From a bacterium (GTDB lineage Bacteria > Hinthialibacterota > Hinthialibacteria > Hinthialibacterales > Hinthialibacteraceae), in contig JBHGBC010000006.1 of the NCBI GenBank assembly GCA_041946805.1, forward strand, positions 29,297-93,296: a stretch of 64,000 bases of DNA, given 5' to 3'. The notes beneath the pieces were generated by a model. It worked only from the letters and a program-made list of their open reading frames with translations. It ran no database searches and had not been told where the DNA came from. Below, piece by piece: positions 18,198 through 29,002 of the stretch (its first letter is position 1; each line of letters starts with the position of its first letter). A program made the translations under genes and the position numbers.

Positions 18198-20861
18198 TCA
18201 ACTGTTCACCAACGTGAACGTGAGCTTGTTAGCGGTCATCCGGTAGCGCGCGCAGCCTATAGGTTGGTCCTGGTTGATCAGGGGCAGTTCGATTTTTTCA
18301 CTTTGAGCAAGCACCAATTCGCCTTGCATGCCTTCCGGCAATGATAGCGTAATCCGCCGGTTGCCTGGTTTTCCCTGAGCGTGGAATTCAATCGGTCCCT
18401 GCACGGTATAGGCGGTTAGTTTCAATTCCTCCAAGTCCGCCAGTTGGGGACGGATTTCGCACCGTTTGAATCCCGCCTCCAGAGGCTGGATGCCCGCGAT
18501 GCTCATGAAGAGGACATACACGGGGGCAACCGGGCAATGGCTCCATTGCGCGCCGGTGTCGAAGGGCGCCGACCAGTTTTCCTGCAGGGTGTTGTTGAGG
18601 ATCACGGAATTCATCGTGGCCCATTGCTCGCGCAGGTCCTTGAGGACCACATCCGTCCGGCCTTCCTTGGCCAGCGCCCACAGCCGCCAGCCGGCGTTGG
18701 CGGGATACGAGAATCCCAGTTCCGGCGGGCATTCGATCAACGCCTGGAGGGCGTTCTGGGTGTTTCCCCCGGGGCATTGGTCGAAAAGAATAGCGGTGGC
18801 GAGGGAGCGGTCGCACATCCGGACGCCGCCCTCTTCCTCGAGCCAGGGGAGATTGTTCACATACAAACCATGGCGCGGACTCCAGAATTTCCGTACCGTG
18901 GCGGCCTGGATCCGGCGGCCCAACTGTTCGCATTGTCCCGCCAGCGCGCCGTCGTCCATGGCTTCACAGAGGGGCGCGAGAGCGTGCCGCAGCATGGCCG
19001 CCGCGTAGAGGTTGAACGCGCATTGAGTGTGCCGTTGCTTGCGGTAGGCGTCGTGATCGATCCACACGGAAGGGATGCCGATGTTTTCCACCGGCAAGAG
19101 GCCGTCCGTGTCCAGAATGCTTCTCAGGTAATCCGCGAACCGCAGCAGGCGGGGATAGGGTTCCCGCAGCGCGTCCCGGCCGCCGGTGTAGAGATAATGA
19201 TGGTAGCAATCGAAGTTGAAGCCGACGCCGTGGTCCAACAGCGGCCCCCATTTGGTCAAATGCATCTGGCGTTCGAGCAGGCGCGCCAGCCGGTCCCAGG
19301 CGGGCCAGCAGTCGAGGAAATACCCGTCGAGCGTGATCCCCTGGCTGAAGGTGTTCACGTACCGCGCCGGCAGGCGGATTTCGCCGAACGCGGAGTAGAG
19401 GGCGTGCAGCTGGTGGCCGCAATCGCCGCTGTATTGTTGGCGCTCGCGGGCCATGCCGTCCACGCAGGTCTCTTGCGCGCAATTGTTCAGCGTGTTGATC
19501 GTGGCGTCGAACAGCCGTTGCAGTTTCGGTTCGGAGCATTGAATGCGTGGCTCGTTCGGCCAGGGAAAGATCCGCCGCCGGACGCCCACTCCGCGGATCC
19601 GCGCCTCGCCTTTCGCCCCGTGGATATGCAACTGGAGCCAGCGCAGGCTCTCGAAATCGAAGGTCTGGAAGTGGTTCTCACCTTCCCGGCAGATGAAGCG
19701 CGACCAGGAATGATGATTGGTGTTGAGCAGCGCGGGGCCGCCCGGTTGGTGGGCCTCGTGCACCAACAGCTCCACCGTGGTCCCCTCCGGCGCGTGGATG
19801 GTGAAATAAGGCCAGCCCACCACCTGGTCTTCCAGTTCGAACATCAATGATGCGCCCCTAGCGCCATCCAGCTGTATGGTCAGGGTTCCGTCCGGCCCGG
19901 CCGTGTGGCAGGGAGTCCGTTCGGCCTCGAACGCGCCGGGCGTCAGGCTTTCGAAATACTCTTGCGGACTGCGCTTCCAATGAATCCAATACGACTCCGT
20001 CAATTGCTTCACGGGAACTTCGTATTCCCTTAAGAGTGGGACGCTCCGGGGGCGGATATCGCACAGGTTCCGGTCTCCCTGGGTTTCGAACAGGTCGGAG
20101 TAGGAGGAACAAATCGTGGGTTTGTCGGAGGGGCAATCGAGTTCCATGGCGGGCAGCCAATCCGGTCCGGGGGTGAATTCCGGCCGGTCCCAGCCCTCCG
20201 GATACAACCGGGCGTCGAATTCTTCCTGCAACGCGCGCAGATACCACCGCTTGTATTGCCCCGGCCGCCAACTCCGCGCCAGGCATGTCAGCCACGAAGG
20301 GCCGGACGCCACCAGCAGCCGGTCGCCGCCGGGCATTTCCAAATCCAACCGGAAGATGAATCCAGGCTTGCCCAACGGCCAAGTCCCATCGCCTTCGCCG
20401 TAAAAGAGAACCGTGGCGCCCAGCACTTGGGGCCCTTTTTGCATTAGGCCGGTCAGATCCACGGGATCGGCTTCCAGCCACCGGGGATCGCAGGGCGCCG
20501 GCCCCCATTGGATTCTCCGGCCGTTGAGCCGCAGTTCGTAACGGCTGTCGGCGAGAATCCACCCTGTGGCCTGGCTCGGTGTCTCGGGCAGATTGAGGGT
20601 CTGCCGGAACAGGACGAACGTATTGGGCAGGCAGCGCTCCGAGGGATACCAGATCCATTTGGCGGGCGAGAGATCCAAAGTCTGGGAAGGTTCCGGGTGG
20701 TAAGTGGACGCGGCCATCCAGGAGGTTTCTCCGGCGGTTTCCTCCGCCCGGGACGGCATGGACAGGAAGGCGGCCGCACCACCCGCTTGGGCGGAAGTGG
20801 CCAAGAAATTTCTTCGAGTGATTGTTGATTCGCGGCGGGATGGATGGTCAGGCGCAGTCAT
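18198..20861 (-). CDS. Alpha-L-rhamnosidase family (GH78) protein, Tat-exported
   Basis: TRRNFL Tat motif; AKWIW, LADSRYELRLNG, CVDGMARERQQYSGD, TLQENW, WSHC, GIQPLEAGFKRCEIRPQL. Confidence 0.85.
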   Translation of the reverse strand: MTAPDHPSRRESTITRRNFLATSAQAGGAAAFLSMPSRAEETAGETSWMAASTYHPEPSQTLDLSPAKWIWYPSERCLPNTFVLFRQTLNLPETPSQATGWILADSRYELRLNGRRIQWGPAPCDPRWLEADPVDLTGLMQKGPQVLGATVLFYGEGDGTWPLGKPGFIFRLDLEMPGGDRLLVASGPSWLTCLARSWRPGQYKRWYLRALQEEFDARLYPEGWDRPEFTPGPDWLPAMELDCPSDKPTICSSYSDLFETQGDRNLCDIRPRSVPLLREYEVPVKQLTESYWIHWKRSPQEYFESLTPGAFEAERTPCHTAGPDGTLTIQLDGARGASLMFELEDQVVGWPYFTIHAPEGTTVELLVHEAHQPGGPALLNTNHHSWSRFICREGENHFQTFDFESLRWLQLHIHGAKGEARIRGVGVRRRIFPWPNEPRIQCSEPKLQRLFDATINTLNNCAQETCVDGMARERQQYSGDCGHQLHALYSAFGEIRLPARYVNTFSQGITLDGYFLDCWPAWDRLARLLERQMHLTKWGPLLDHGVGFNFDCYHHYLYTGGRDALREPYPRLLRFADYLRSILDTDGLLPVENIGIPSVWIDHDAYRKQRHTQCAFNLYAAAMLRHALAPLCEAMDDGALAGQCEQLGRRIQAATVRKFWSPRHGLYVNNLPWLEEEGGVRMCDRSLATAILFDQCPGGNTQNALQALIECPPELGFSYPANAGWRLWALAKEGRTDVVLKDLREQWATMNSVILNNTLQENWSAPFDTGAQWSHCPVAPVYVLFMSIAGIQPLEAGFKRCEIRPQLADLEELKLTAYTVQGPIEFHAQGKPGNRRITLSLPEGMQGELVLAQSEKIELPLINQDQPIGCARYRMTANKLTFTLVNS

Positions 20862-20906
20862 GGTTTTCTCCCCGGTGAAAATGGAAAGGCGAGCCGTGTT
20901 TTATCG

Positions 20907-21599
20907 CTACGCCGCCACCAGGGAGGATACCCGTTCGTTCAATGGGCCGATGAATTCCGCCTTGGTTTTGGCTTGCCGGAGATTGTGCATGAGTTGGTTA
21001 TCCCGCGCCAGGGTGGACATGGTCGACAACAGCTGGAGGTGCAACCGGTTCCGGGGAGAACAAAGTAAGAAGACCAGGTCGACCGGCCGGCCGTCGACCG
21101 CGTGAAAATCCACGGGGGGTCGGAGACGGGCGCTGACCACGAGGGGAACCCGAAAGAGATCGTTGATGGGATGCCAGGCGTGGGGCAGAGCCACGCCCCG
21201 TCCCAGGCCGGTAGTGGAAAACGCCTCCCTCTCGAGGATGGCTTGGAGGAAAGTGGATTTGAGCAGGAGATGGCCGGTATCCGCGAGTATGTCCACCATG
21301 CGTTCCAGGACTTCCCCGGATTGCTTGGCTTGCAGGTCCAACCAAATCCGGGATTCGGAAAAGATCTGGAATTCTTCGTCACGGTTCCAGGGAGATTCCA
21401 ATTCCTGGTTTCCATGAACGGCTTTTTCCCCGCCATTGAGAAACCAGGCTTCCAGCAGGGAGGGGTGGAACCGCCATTGGTTGCCCACCTTGGCGGCGGG
21501 GATTTTTTCCGTCTGAATGAGCCTGTGAATCGTCCGCTCATTGACTTGCAAGAGCTCGCTGACTTCCCGGATGGTCAATAGCTTGTCCAAGGCCGTCAC
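20907..21599 (-). CDS. Excisionase-type HTH fused to PTS EIIA (PtsN-like) domain
   Basis: LLTIREVSELLQVNERTIHRL...IPAAKVGNQWRF; EREAFSTTGLGRGVALPHA (phospho-His), DFHAVDGRPVDLVFLL. Confidence 0.9.
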   Translation of the reverse strand: MTALDKLLTIREVSELLQVNERTIHRLIQTEKIPAAKVGNQWRFHPSLLEAWFLNGGEKAVHGNQELESPWNRDEEFQIFSESRIWLDLQAKQSGEVLERMVDILADTGHLLLKSTFLQAILEREAFSTTGLGRGVALPHAWHPINDLFRVPLVVSARLRPPVDFHAVDGRPVDLVFLLCSPRNRLHLQLLSTMSTLARDNQLMHNLRQAKTKAEFIGPLNERVSSLVAA

Positions 21600-21802
21600 C
21601 TCGTTCCCTTACGTTAAAGGGATGATTATAGGGACAATACGGGGGAAAAACCAATGACCCGCGCGAAAAATCCAGAGTCGTTATTCAATGGTGCTGGATC
21701 ATTCCCGCGGGTTCATAAAAAAGGCTCATCCGATATATGCGTACATTTTTCCGGGAGCGAGACCGGACATCGATTAGACGGATTGGAGAGATCTACCCGA
21801 AA

Positions 21803-21838
21803 TCCCCTCTCCCTCTGGGAGAGGACCAGGGTGAGGGA
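21803..21838 (-). repeat. REP-like hairpin (CCCTCTCCC..GGGAGAGG family)
   Basis: ATCCCCTCTCCCTCTGGGAGAGGACCAGGGTGAGGGA. Confidence 0.75.
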
Positions 21839-22135
21839 AAGCCTTTCCTCGGCGCCGATCCTCTCCGTTCGTTCCCTAACGCTGAAGGGAATGAAAATAT
21901 TTTCCTTCGGTTCAGAGTCAGAGTATTGAAATACGTTTTTTCCCTCCTGTACGCATTGGCCGGATGAACCATAAAAAAGCGTATCGTGGATCACTATCCC
22001 CTTGATTCGCGGCCACTTCATGGTAAAATTGTACATGATTGTCCAGTGTTGTCAATGTTTTTCAAGATGGGAACAAGATGGGAAGATGAGAATGGCTTGT
22101 GGATCTTTTATGAATTTTGCCTCATAAAAGGAGCC

Positions 22136-22363
22136 ATGATGATGATCGATGTCAACCAAGAATTTCAGCTTCAGGTCGGCGATTACGTGAACATTGACCA
22201 CCAGGAAACCCGCCGGGGGGCGGTCGAATCCATCCGTATCATCTCCGAAGGGCGTCTGGTCCAGGAATTCAAGGGGGCTCCCGAGCGGGTCATGGTCACG
22301 GTCAACATGCGGGAGGGGATTGTGAACCGCCGGGGGATCGATATCACACCCATCGTGTACTGA
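22136..22363 (+). CDS. Small hypothetical protein (75 aa, possibly SH3/KOW-like)
   Basis: AAGGAG RBS before ATG 22136; MMMIDVNQEFQLQVGDYVNID...; GC-rich third positions like neighbouring genes. Confidence 0.65.
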   Translation: MMMIDVNQEFQLQVGDYVNIDHQETRRGAVESIRIISEGRLVQEFKGAPERVMVTVNMREGIVNRRGIDITPIVY

Positions 22364-22860
22364 TCGGCGGAGAAAGTGTAAAGACTCTAGACTCGAGCGT
22401 CTCTCGAGGCGCAAGGATCGGCTGAATTGGACTTACCATCTGACTGAATGGTTTTCACGTTCCGGCCGGTGCGTGAGATCATTCAATCTTTCTTTTTTCA
22501 AATCTTCTTTTCCTCCCTTTTTTCCAGCTTTTTTTTCAAAACACACCCCTTTTGAAACTCCGTGGCCCTCTCTGATTTATTCAGCCCGTGCAGTCATTCT
22601 GGATTAATGATGCCTCGACGGCCGCCTTCCCCAGGCCGGCATGGATGAGAATGGATTGGGCAGGGGGCAATCACAAATTCTTTGGGAATGACCCCGTTAG
22701 TAGCAGTGTGAGCTACAGTAACCTGGATTTGTATTCGGATGGATTACTTTCGTCTATTCCTCCAGGAGGCATGTCGGGAATCCTAGGGCTAGGGATTTGG
22801 ATTTCTATGATTTAAAAAACGTTCGTGTGGTTTCCAGGTATTTTGTGGGGCATTCTGATT

Positions 22861-22877
22861 TTGGTACTTTCTTTGCT
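22861..22877 (+). promoter_or_regulatory. Sigma54 (-24/-12) promoter
   Basis: TTGGTACTTTCTTTGCT: GG (22863-22864), 10 nt, GC (22875-22876); resembles TGGCAC-N5-TTGC. Confidence 0.55.
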
Positions 22878-23029
22878 CCAGTAAGTAATGCAACGAACAA
22901 CCGGATCGTGAGATCAGTCTCACGCCGGATTCTTTTGCCCTGTTATGGATCACCTGGGATCAGATCTTGTACTCATGCAAAGGATTGAGCGCGATGCCAT
23001 AGAATACCTGTCTTCTACCGATTTTTCAC

Positions 23030-23123
23030 GCCTGACAAAGGCAAACCATCCGAAAGGATGGGACGCAAAGCATCTGGCCTAACTCCACGAAATATCGTGG
23101 ACAGGGCAGCAGGGCCGCCGGGC
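23030..23123 (+). ncRNA. c-di-GMP-I (GEMM-I) riboswitch
   Basis: AAAGGCAAACCATCC-GAAA-GGATGGGACGCAAAGCATCTGGCCTAA...GGCAGCAGGGCCGCC: GGCAAA, GNRA-capped P2, GACGCAAA junction, CCTAA receptor arm; P1 GCCTG/CGGGC; 70 nt upstream of ATG 23194. Confidence 0.88.
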
Positions 23124-23193
23124 GGAGCAGTCCTTCTACCAATACTGCTTCTCGCACGGTCATCGTTTGAACATTGGCAGAGGGGACTCTCTC

Positions 23194-25932
23194 ATGAAAA
23201 ACGTTCATTCAGGATTTGCTCGATTTTCTTCCTGCCTGCTTTCTTCCACTCGCATCATGATCGTTTCCGGATTTCTGACCGCGATCCTATGTCCCACGGG
23301 ATGGGCGGAACAAATTACTCTTTATTGGCAACCGAATGCCGGCGATCCGCCGGAAGGATACAACGTGTATTGCCGTCCGGCGTCCGGCGCGTTTCAATTG
23401 GTGAAAGACGCGGGAACTCAGACCTCCACCACGGTGATGAACCTGGAGCAGGGGAAAACGTATTACTTCGCGGTGAAAGCCTATAATGTGTACGGCAAGG
23501 AAAGCGATTTTTCCGAGGAAATCGCGTATACGGTTCCGGTTCCCGGCGCTCCCACGCCGACCAGCGAGCCGATGGAACAGCCCACCGCGACCTCCACACC
23601 CACTTCTTCCGCGGCTCCAAACCCGGTGGTAACGCCGACGAACACTCCCATGCCGGTGAATACCCCGACGAACACGGCCGTGCCGACGAAAACGGCGACC
23701 TGGACGCCAGTTCCAACGGCCACGCCGACATCGACGGCCACGCCGGTTCCGACAGCCACGCCGACATCGACCAAAATCCCGGTCCCCACCGCGACGCCCA
23801 CCGCCACACCGACCGTCACGCCAACGCCGCAACCGGTGGAAACGCCTCCGGATTCCTCGCCCGCGGATGTATTGACGGCGACCTTCGAGACGAACAATTT
23901 CAGCGAATGGGATCAGGAGACCGACTCGGGGAATGACTTGAAGATATCCACATCGTCTCCCTATAGCGGGTCGTATTGCGCCCAATTCACCTATAATGAT
24001 ACCAATCCGGAGTATCTCAGCGCGGCGGTCGGCGAAACCGCGGAAGGCCGGATTGCGTTCCAGATCCGGTTCAATCTCAATAACAAATGGAGCAACCTGC
24101 CCACCGCCTTCTTGAAGCTCTACTCGGAAAATGGCATGGAACTGCTGTCCGGCGAGTATTTATATCAAGACAAAAAGATCAAATATTTCAGCCGGATCCG
24201 GACCGTGGAAGGCTGGAACGAAGGCGCGTGGAATGTCCTGACCGCGGACAGCAATTGGCACCGGTTGGAAATACAATTCAAGATTCACGATACCGATGGA
24301 TACCAGCGGGTGTTGATCGATGGCCAGGTGGTTCACGAAGCCGCCGGCTTGCGCACCAACGCCCTGGCCGGACAAGGCGCCGTGAACCTGCGCGTGGGTA
24401 ATATTTCCGGCCTGCGCAACGGCGTGAACAGTTCCTTTTATTTGGATAACGGACGCTTCACCCGGGTGGCGGGAACCAGCGGCCTGACTGCCCAATCGCC
24501 CATTCCCACCAATACGCCGGCGGTGAATCCGGCGATTCCGTCCGGCTTCATCCTGGCCGACGTCTTCGATTCCGGTTTCGAGACCGGGACTTTTTCGGAC
24601 TGGAATGGCGAGAAGGATCTGGGCAACGACCTCGGGATCTCGTCGACCGGGCCGCATAGCGGCCGGAGGACCGCCAAATTGATCTATAACGATCAAACGC
24701 CCGAATACCTGATCAAGAATCTGGAGGAACTGGGCGAAGGCGCCATCGCGTTCTGGATCAAGTTTGATTTGACCGGCGTGTGGAACTCCGATCCAACCAC
24801 CTTGTTGCAGGCCTTCAACCAGGACGGAACCGAGTTGCTGTATGGTGGATTCAAATACGCCGAGGGCGGCATCCAGTATTTCAGCCGGTTGCGCGTCTTT
24901 AACAACTGGGATGAGAGCGTCTGGCATCCGCTGACGTCCGACAGCCAGTGGCACCACATCGAAGTGCAATTCAAGATTCACCCCACGGATGGCTATCACC
25001 GGGTGCTGATCGACAACCGCGTGGTTCATAGCATGGCGGGGCTGGCGAGCGATGTGTTTGACGGCCTGACGGTGAACAAAATGACGTTGGGATTTTCCTC
25101 CAGTCTGCGGGAAGGGGTTAATGGCACTCTGTATATCGACGATGTGAGCGTGGCCACCCGGCCGGGGGATGGCCTCGTCCTGGGGCAAATGGAAATGCCG
25201 CCCAGCGGCGCGGCCGGCGATGAGCCGGAGGACCCGCCGGTTCCCACGGCCACCCCGACCCCCACTCAGACCCCCACAACGGCTCCCACACTGGTGCCGG
25301 TACAGCCTCAGTTGCCGGATTCGGAGTCCACGCGGAGTATCGGGTTCGAAACGGCTGACTTTTCCGAGTGGACCGGGAAGGTGGATACAGGCAATGACTT
25401 GAACATCTCGGTGTTTAATGCGCATGGGGGTACCAAATCCGCTCTGTTTTCCTGCGACGACCTGACGCCGGAGTACCTGATCCAAGACCTGAACCAGGCC
25501 ATGGAAGGCCGGATCAGCGTCTGGTTCCAGTTTGATTTGAGCGGGCAATGGAACACCGCCTCCACGCCGGTGATCAAAATATACAATGCCAACGGGATCG
25601 AGCTGCTTTCGGGGGAGATCAAGAGGGAAGGGGGCGTAATCCGGTATTACAGCCGCTTCCGCGTGTATGGAGGTTGGGATGAAAGCGTGTGGACGAATCT
25701 GGCCGCCGATTCGAAGTGGCATCAGTTGGAAGTGCGCTACAAGATCCACGCCACGGAAGGCTATCACCAGGTGTGGATTGATGGAGCGCCCGCGCATCAA
25801 TCGGCGGGACTCAACAGCGACGTTTTCAACGGCGCGCCCGCGGGAACGCTGCACCTGGGTTCATCTCAGAACCTGCGGGAAGGAACCAATGCCAACTATT
25901 TCGTGGATGATGTCACGATCGGCAAATTCTAA
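23194..25932 (+). CDS. Large secreted protein: FN3 + Pro/Thr linker + three ConA/polysaccharide-lyase-like repeats
   Basis: FN3 ([35 protein letters not shown]); repeats starting [30 protein letters not shown] and ending FYLDN, LYIDDV, YFVDDV. Confidence 0.8.
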   Translation: MKNVHSGFARFSSCLLSSTRIMIVSGFLTAILCPTGWAEQITLYWQPNAGDPPEGYNVYCRPASGAFQLVKDAGTQTSTTVMNLEQGKTYYFAVKAYNVYGKESDFSEEIAYTVPVPGAPTPTSEPMEQPTATSTPTSSAAPNPVVTPTNTPMPVNTPTNTAVPTKTATWTPVPTATPTSTATPVPTATPTSTKIPVPTATPTATPTVTPTPQPVETPPDSSPADVLTATFETNNFSEWDQETDSGNDLKISTSSPYSGSYCAQFTYNDTNPEYLSAAVGETAEGRIAFQIRFNLNNKWSNLPTAFLKLYSENGMELLSGEYLYQDKKIKYFSRIRTVEGWNEGAWNVLTADSNWHRLEIQFKIHDTDGYQRVLIDGQVVHEAAGLRTNALAGQGAVNLRVGNISGLRNGVNSSFYLDNGRFTRVAGTSGLTAQSPIPTNTPAVNPAIPSGFILADVFDSGFETGTFSDWNGEKDLGNDLGISSTGPHSGRRTAKLIYNDQTPEYLIKNLEELGEGAIAFWIKFDLTGVWNSDPTTLLQAFNQDGTELLYGGFKYAEGGIQYFSRLRVFNNWDESVWHPLTSDSQWHHIEVQFKIHPTDGYHRVLIDNRVVHSMAGLASDVFDGLTVNKMTLGFSSSLREGVNGTLYIDDVSVATRPGDGLVLGQMEMPPSGAAGDEPEDPPVPTATPTPTQTPTTAPTLVPVQPQLPDSESTRSIGFETADFSEWTGKVDTGNDLNISVFNAHGGTKSALFSCDDLTPEYLIQDLNQAMEGRISVWFQFDLSGQWNTASTPVIKIYNANGIELLSGEIKREGGVIRYYSRFRVYGGWDESVWTNLAADSKWHQLEVRYKIHATEGYHQVWIDGAPAHQSAGLNSDVFNGAPAGTLHLGSSQNLREGTNANYFVDDVTIGKF
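23533..23853 (+). repeat. Intragenic Pro/Thr-rich tandem repeats
   Basis: Recurrent PVPTATPTS and TPTNT units, e.g. GCCACGCCGACATCGAC twice in 23719-23771. Confidence 0.8.
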
Positions 25933-25981
25933 AAACGGCCGTCAACCGGCATGTCCCTTTTGGATCAAGGAGTCTTGAAAC

Positions 25982-27736
25982 ATGATCAGGCAACCATGGA
26001 TTCAATCCATCCGTTATATCTTGATGGGGGCGGCGGTTTTCGTTCTGGCGCCCCAGACCTGGGCCACGGATTATTATGTCGACGCGGTCCAGGGCAACGA
26101 CGCGGGCGGCGGCACGAGTGTCAACGCGCCGTGGAAGTCCATCGCCAAAGTGAATTCGCGTTCCTTCAATCCGGGCGATCAAATTCTCTTCAAACGCGGC
26201 GGCGTATGGAAGGAAATGCTGGTGGCGCCTTCCTCGGGTTCCGCGTCCAATCCGGTCACCCTCGGGGCGTACGGCTCGGGTGACAAGCCGGTTATCACCG
26301 CCGTGGACGCGATTCCCGGAGGAAAAACCGCCGGGACCTGGACCAACCTGTCGGGCAACGTGTGGTATATGTCGCTGGCGGCCGATCCCCTGCGGGTGTT
26401 TTTGAACGGACAGGAGTACGGCCGGGCCCAGACTCCCAGCGCGCCCAACGCCACCTTGCGTTACGGTTATGACAGCGCGGCGAAGCGGCTGTACCTGTAC
26501 GCCACCGCCAATCCCGCTTCGGCCTATGCCACCCTGGAGCATGCGGCGGCCCGCACCCACGCCCTCCGGACGAACCAGAAAAATTACCTCGTCATCCGGG
26601 ACCTGGACTTGCGCGGCGGCGGCGTTGCGTCCCTGGAATTCGCCGAATCCAATTTCATCACCGTGGACGGTTGCGATATCGGCTGGAATTCGGGAAAGTT
26701 CGGCATTCTGGCGCATGGCTACGGGGCCAGCAAGGTGAGTCTCAACGGCGTGATCCGCAATTGCCTGTTGGATTCCGGCAGCCGCCTGCGTTCTCCCTAT
26801 CACATCAGCCCCGAGATTCCCCACGACGGCATCAAATTGCGGTACGGCTGCCAGAATTGGGAAATTCATCACAACACCCTCCGGGATTGGGGCCATACCG
26901 GCATCTATGTGACGGGGGATGCGGGGTATCAGACGAAGAACAACAAGGTGTACTCGAATTATTTGACCGCGCCCGATATCGATTATGGACGCGGATTGAG
27001 CATCGACGGGCCGGATGGAACCTGTTTCAACAACGAGATGTTCTTCAACTCGGTGATCGACACCACCTGCCGGAATCAGATCAACGGCGACCACAATCTG
27101 TTCTATTACAATATCATCGCCGGCATGACCAATGTGGCCTACGCGGCCAACGGCACGGCCCAGGGAATCAGCTCGGAAGGATATACCGGCTGGGCCAGCC
27201 ATCACAACCAGTTCTTCAACAACCTGATCCTGAATTGCGACGAGGCCGGCATCAAGGTGTGGGGATTCACGGGCGCGACGGACAAGTACGCCAATGAATA
27301 CCGGAACAACATCGTGTACAACTGCGGCCGCAATTCCAAGGACAACTACAAGAACTTCGGGATCGTCATCGAAAACCACACGACGGTGAAAAACAACATC
27401 TACACCAACAACCTGGTTTTCCAACCCGCCGGAATCACCAACGTGGTCAACTACCGCGGCACGGCCATGAGTGTCCCCACGTTCAACAGCCAAAATGGGA
27501 AAAACGGCGACACCGCCGCCGGCAACCTGTTCGGCGATCCGCTGTTCACCGACCTGGCCGGAGGCGACTATACCCTGCAAGCGAATTCCCCCGCCATCGA
27601 CGCGGGAATCCCGGTGGGATTGAACCAGGGCCTGGGCGGGGTTTCGGTTCCGTACGGTTTGACCGTGGACATCGGGCCGTATGAGTATGTCCCGGTCCCC
27701 CTGCCGCCCATCGTGGAGCGTATCGTCCCGAATTAA
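25982..27736 (+). CDS. Secreted right-handed parallel beta-helix protein
   Basis: ATDYYVDAVQGND, APWKSIAKVN, PGDQILFKRGGVW, GAYGSGDKPVI, Asn-rich coils, C-terminal DPLF..DYTLQANSPAIDAG..DIGPYE. Confidence 0.85.
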   Translation: MIRQPWIQSIRYILMGAAVFVLAPQTWATDYYVDAVQGNDAGGGTSVNAPWKSIAKVNSRSFNPGDQILFKRGGVWKEMLVAPSSGSASNPVTLGAYGSGDKPVITAVDAIPGGKTAGTWTNLSGNVWYMSLAADPLRVFLNGQEYGRAQTPSAPNATLRYGYDSAAKRLYLYATANPASAYATLEHAAARTHALRTNQKNYLVIRDLDLRGGGVASLEFAESNFITVDGCDIGWNSGKFGILAHGYGASKVSLNGVIRNCLLDSGSRLRSPYHISPEIPHDGIKLRYGCQNWEIHHNTLRDWGHTGIYVTGDAGYQTKNNKVYSNYLTAPDIDYGRGLSIDGPDGTCFNNEMFFNSVIDTTCRNQINGDHNLFYYNIIAGMTNVAYAANGTAQGISSEGYTGWASHHNQFFNNLILNCDEAGIKVWGFTGATDKYANEYRNNIVYNCGRNSKDNYKNFGIVIENHTTVKNNIYTNNLVFQPAGITNVVNYRGTAMSVPTFNSQNGKNGDTAAGNLFGDPLFTDLAGGDYTLQANSPAIDAGIPVGLNQGLGGVSVPYGLTVDIGPYEYVPVPLPPIVERIVPN

Positions 27737-27799
27737 GGCGGATCGCGGGCGGGGCGTTTTCCGCCATCCCATGTGATACATTCCCATCGAGACATGAAG

Positions 27800-27830
27800 A
27801 AGGGGGCTTTTCAGATGAAAAGCCCCCTTT
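27800..27830. terminator. Intrinsic terminator between convergent genes
   Basis: AAGGGGGCTTTTCA-GA-TGAAAAGCCCCCTT inverted repeat. Confidence 0.75.
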
Positions 27831-27895
27831 GCTCATTGCTCATTGGTGTCAAAAGCGCTCTGCCTGGGCCAGGGGGGAGGGGAATCAGCCGGGAT

Positions 27896-29002
27896 TCACT
27901 TCGGGAAGTATTGTTTGATGGCGTTGGCCACGGCTTGGATCTGCTCCGGGGTCAATTCGGCGAACATGGGCAGGGATACTTCTTGCGCGGCGCACCGTTC
28001 CGTGACCGGCAAACTGCCTTCCTGGTAGCCGAGCGCGCTGTAGGCGTCCTGGAGATGGACCGGAACCGGATAGTGGATTCCGCAGTGGATGTCCTTCTTT
28101 TCGAGCGCTTCCAGGAAGGGAGCCCGGTTGGCGGTGTGGATGGGGTAGATGTGATACACGTGCCGGCGTTGCGCCGCTTCGGCCGGCAACTGAATGCCTT
28201 CCACGCCAGCCAACAATTCGTTGTACAGCGCCGCGTTGCGCCGCCGCGCCTCGGTCCATTGGGGCAGGTGTTTCAGTTTGACGCCCAGCACCGCGCCCTG
28301 GAAGCCGTCCATACGCGAGTTCCAGCCGATGATGGAATGGTAGTATTTCTGCCGCTGGCCGTGGTCGCGGAACATGCGGATGCGGGCGGCCAGTTCGTCG
28401 TTGTTGGTGACCACGGCCCCCGCTTCCCCATATGCGCCGAGGTTTTTGCCGGGGTAGAAGCTGTAGCAGCCCGCATCGCCCATCGAGCCCGCCCGCCGCC
28501 CCTTGTATTCCGCGCCATGGGCTTGCGCGGCGTCCTCGATCACGAAAAGGTTGTGTTGCCGGGCGATTTCCAGGATGGGATCCATGTCCGCCAACTGGCC
28601 ATAGAGGTGCACGGGGATGATGGCCTTGGTGCGGGGCGTGATGGCCGCCTCGATCAGGGCGGGATTCATGGTGAATGTGCGGTCCTCGATGTCGACGAAG
28701 ACCGGCTTCGCTCCCGCGAAACTGATCGCCTCGCAGGTGGCGATAAACGTATGGGCCACGGTGATCACTTCATCCCCGGGGCCCACCCCCAATCCCAGCA
28801 GGGCGGTCCACAGCGCGTCGGTGCCGCTGCCCACGCCGATGGCGTGCCGGCATTGGCAATAGGCCGCGAACGCGTCCTCGAACCGTTTGACGAAAGGACC
28901 GCTCGCGAAGGCCGTGTTTTCCATGACCTGCTTCAGTTCCTCCAGGATCTCCTCCCGGATCGACTCGTATTGGATTTTCAAATCTAGAAATGGTACCTTC
29001 AT
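27896..29002 (-). CDS. DegT/DnrJ/EryC1/StrS PLP-dependent sugar aminotransferase
   Basis: VGSGTDAL, IIPVHLYGQ, IEDAAQAHGA, SFYPGKNLGAYGEAG, VSLPMF. Confidence 0.95.
   Translation of the reverse strand: MKVPFLDLKIQYESIREEILEELKQVMENTAFASGPFVKRFEDAFAAYCQCRHAIGVGSGTDALWTALLGLGVGPGDEVITVAHTFIATCEAISFAGAKPVFVDIEDRTFTMNPALIEAAITPRTKAIIPVHLYGQLADMDPILEIARQHNLFVIEDAAQAHGAEYKGRRAGSMGDAGCYSFYPGKNLGAYGEAGAVVTNNDELAARIRMFRDHGQRQKYYHSIIGWNSRMDGFQGAVLGVKLKHLPQWTEARRRNAALYNELLAGVEGIQLPAEAAQRRHVYHIYPIHTANRAPFLEALEKKDIHCGIHYPVPVHLQDAYSALGYQEGSLPVTERCAAQEVSLPMFAELTPEQIQAVANAIKQYFPK

Noticed and set aside
20907..21599. Excisionase HTH as a sign of a prophage or integrative element
   Set aside because: It is fused to EIIA, and no integrase, att site or phage genes are nearby
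24160..27787. Long minus-strand ORFs (564 and 624 aa), and similar ones at 9327, 14428, 18444, 40858, 43184 and 57039
   Set aside because: Antisense shadows of real genes in GC-rich DNA, with no recognisable motifs
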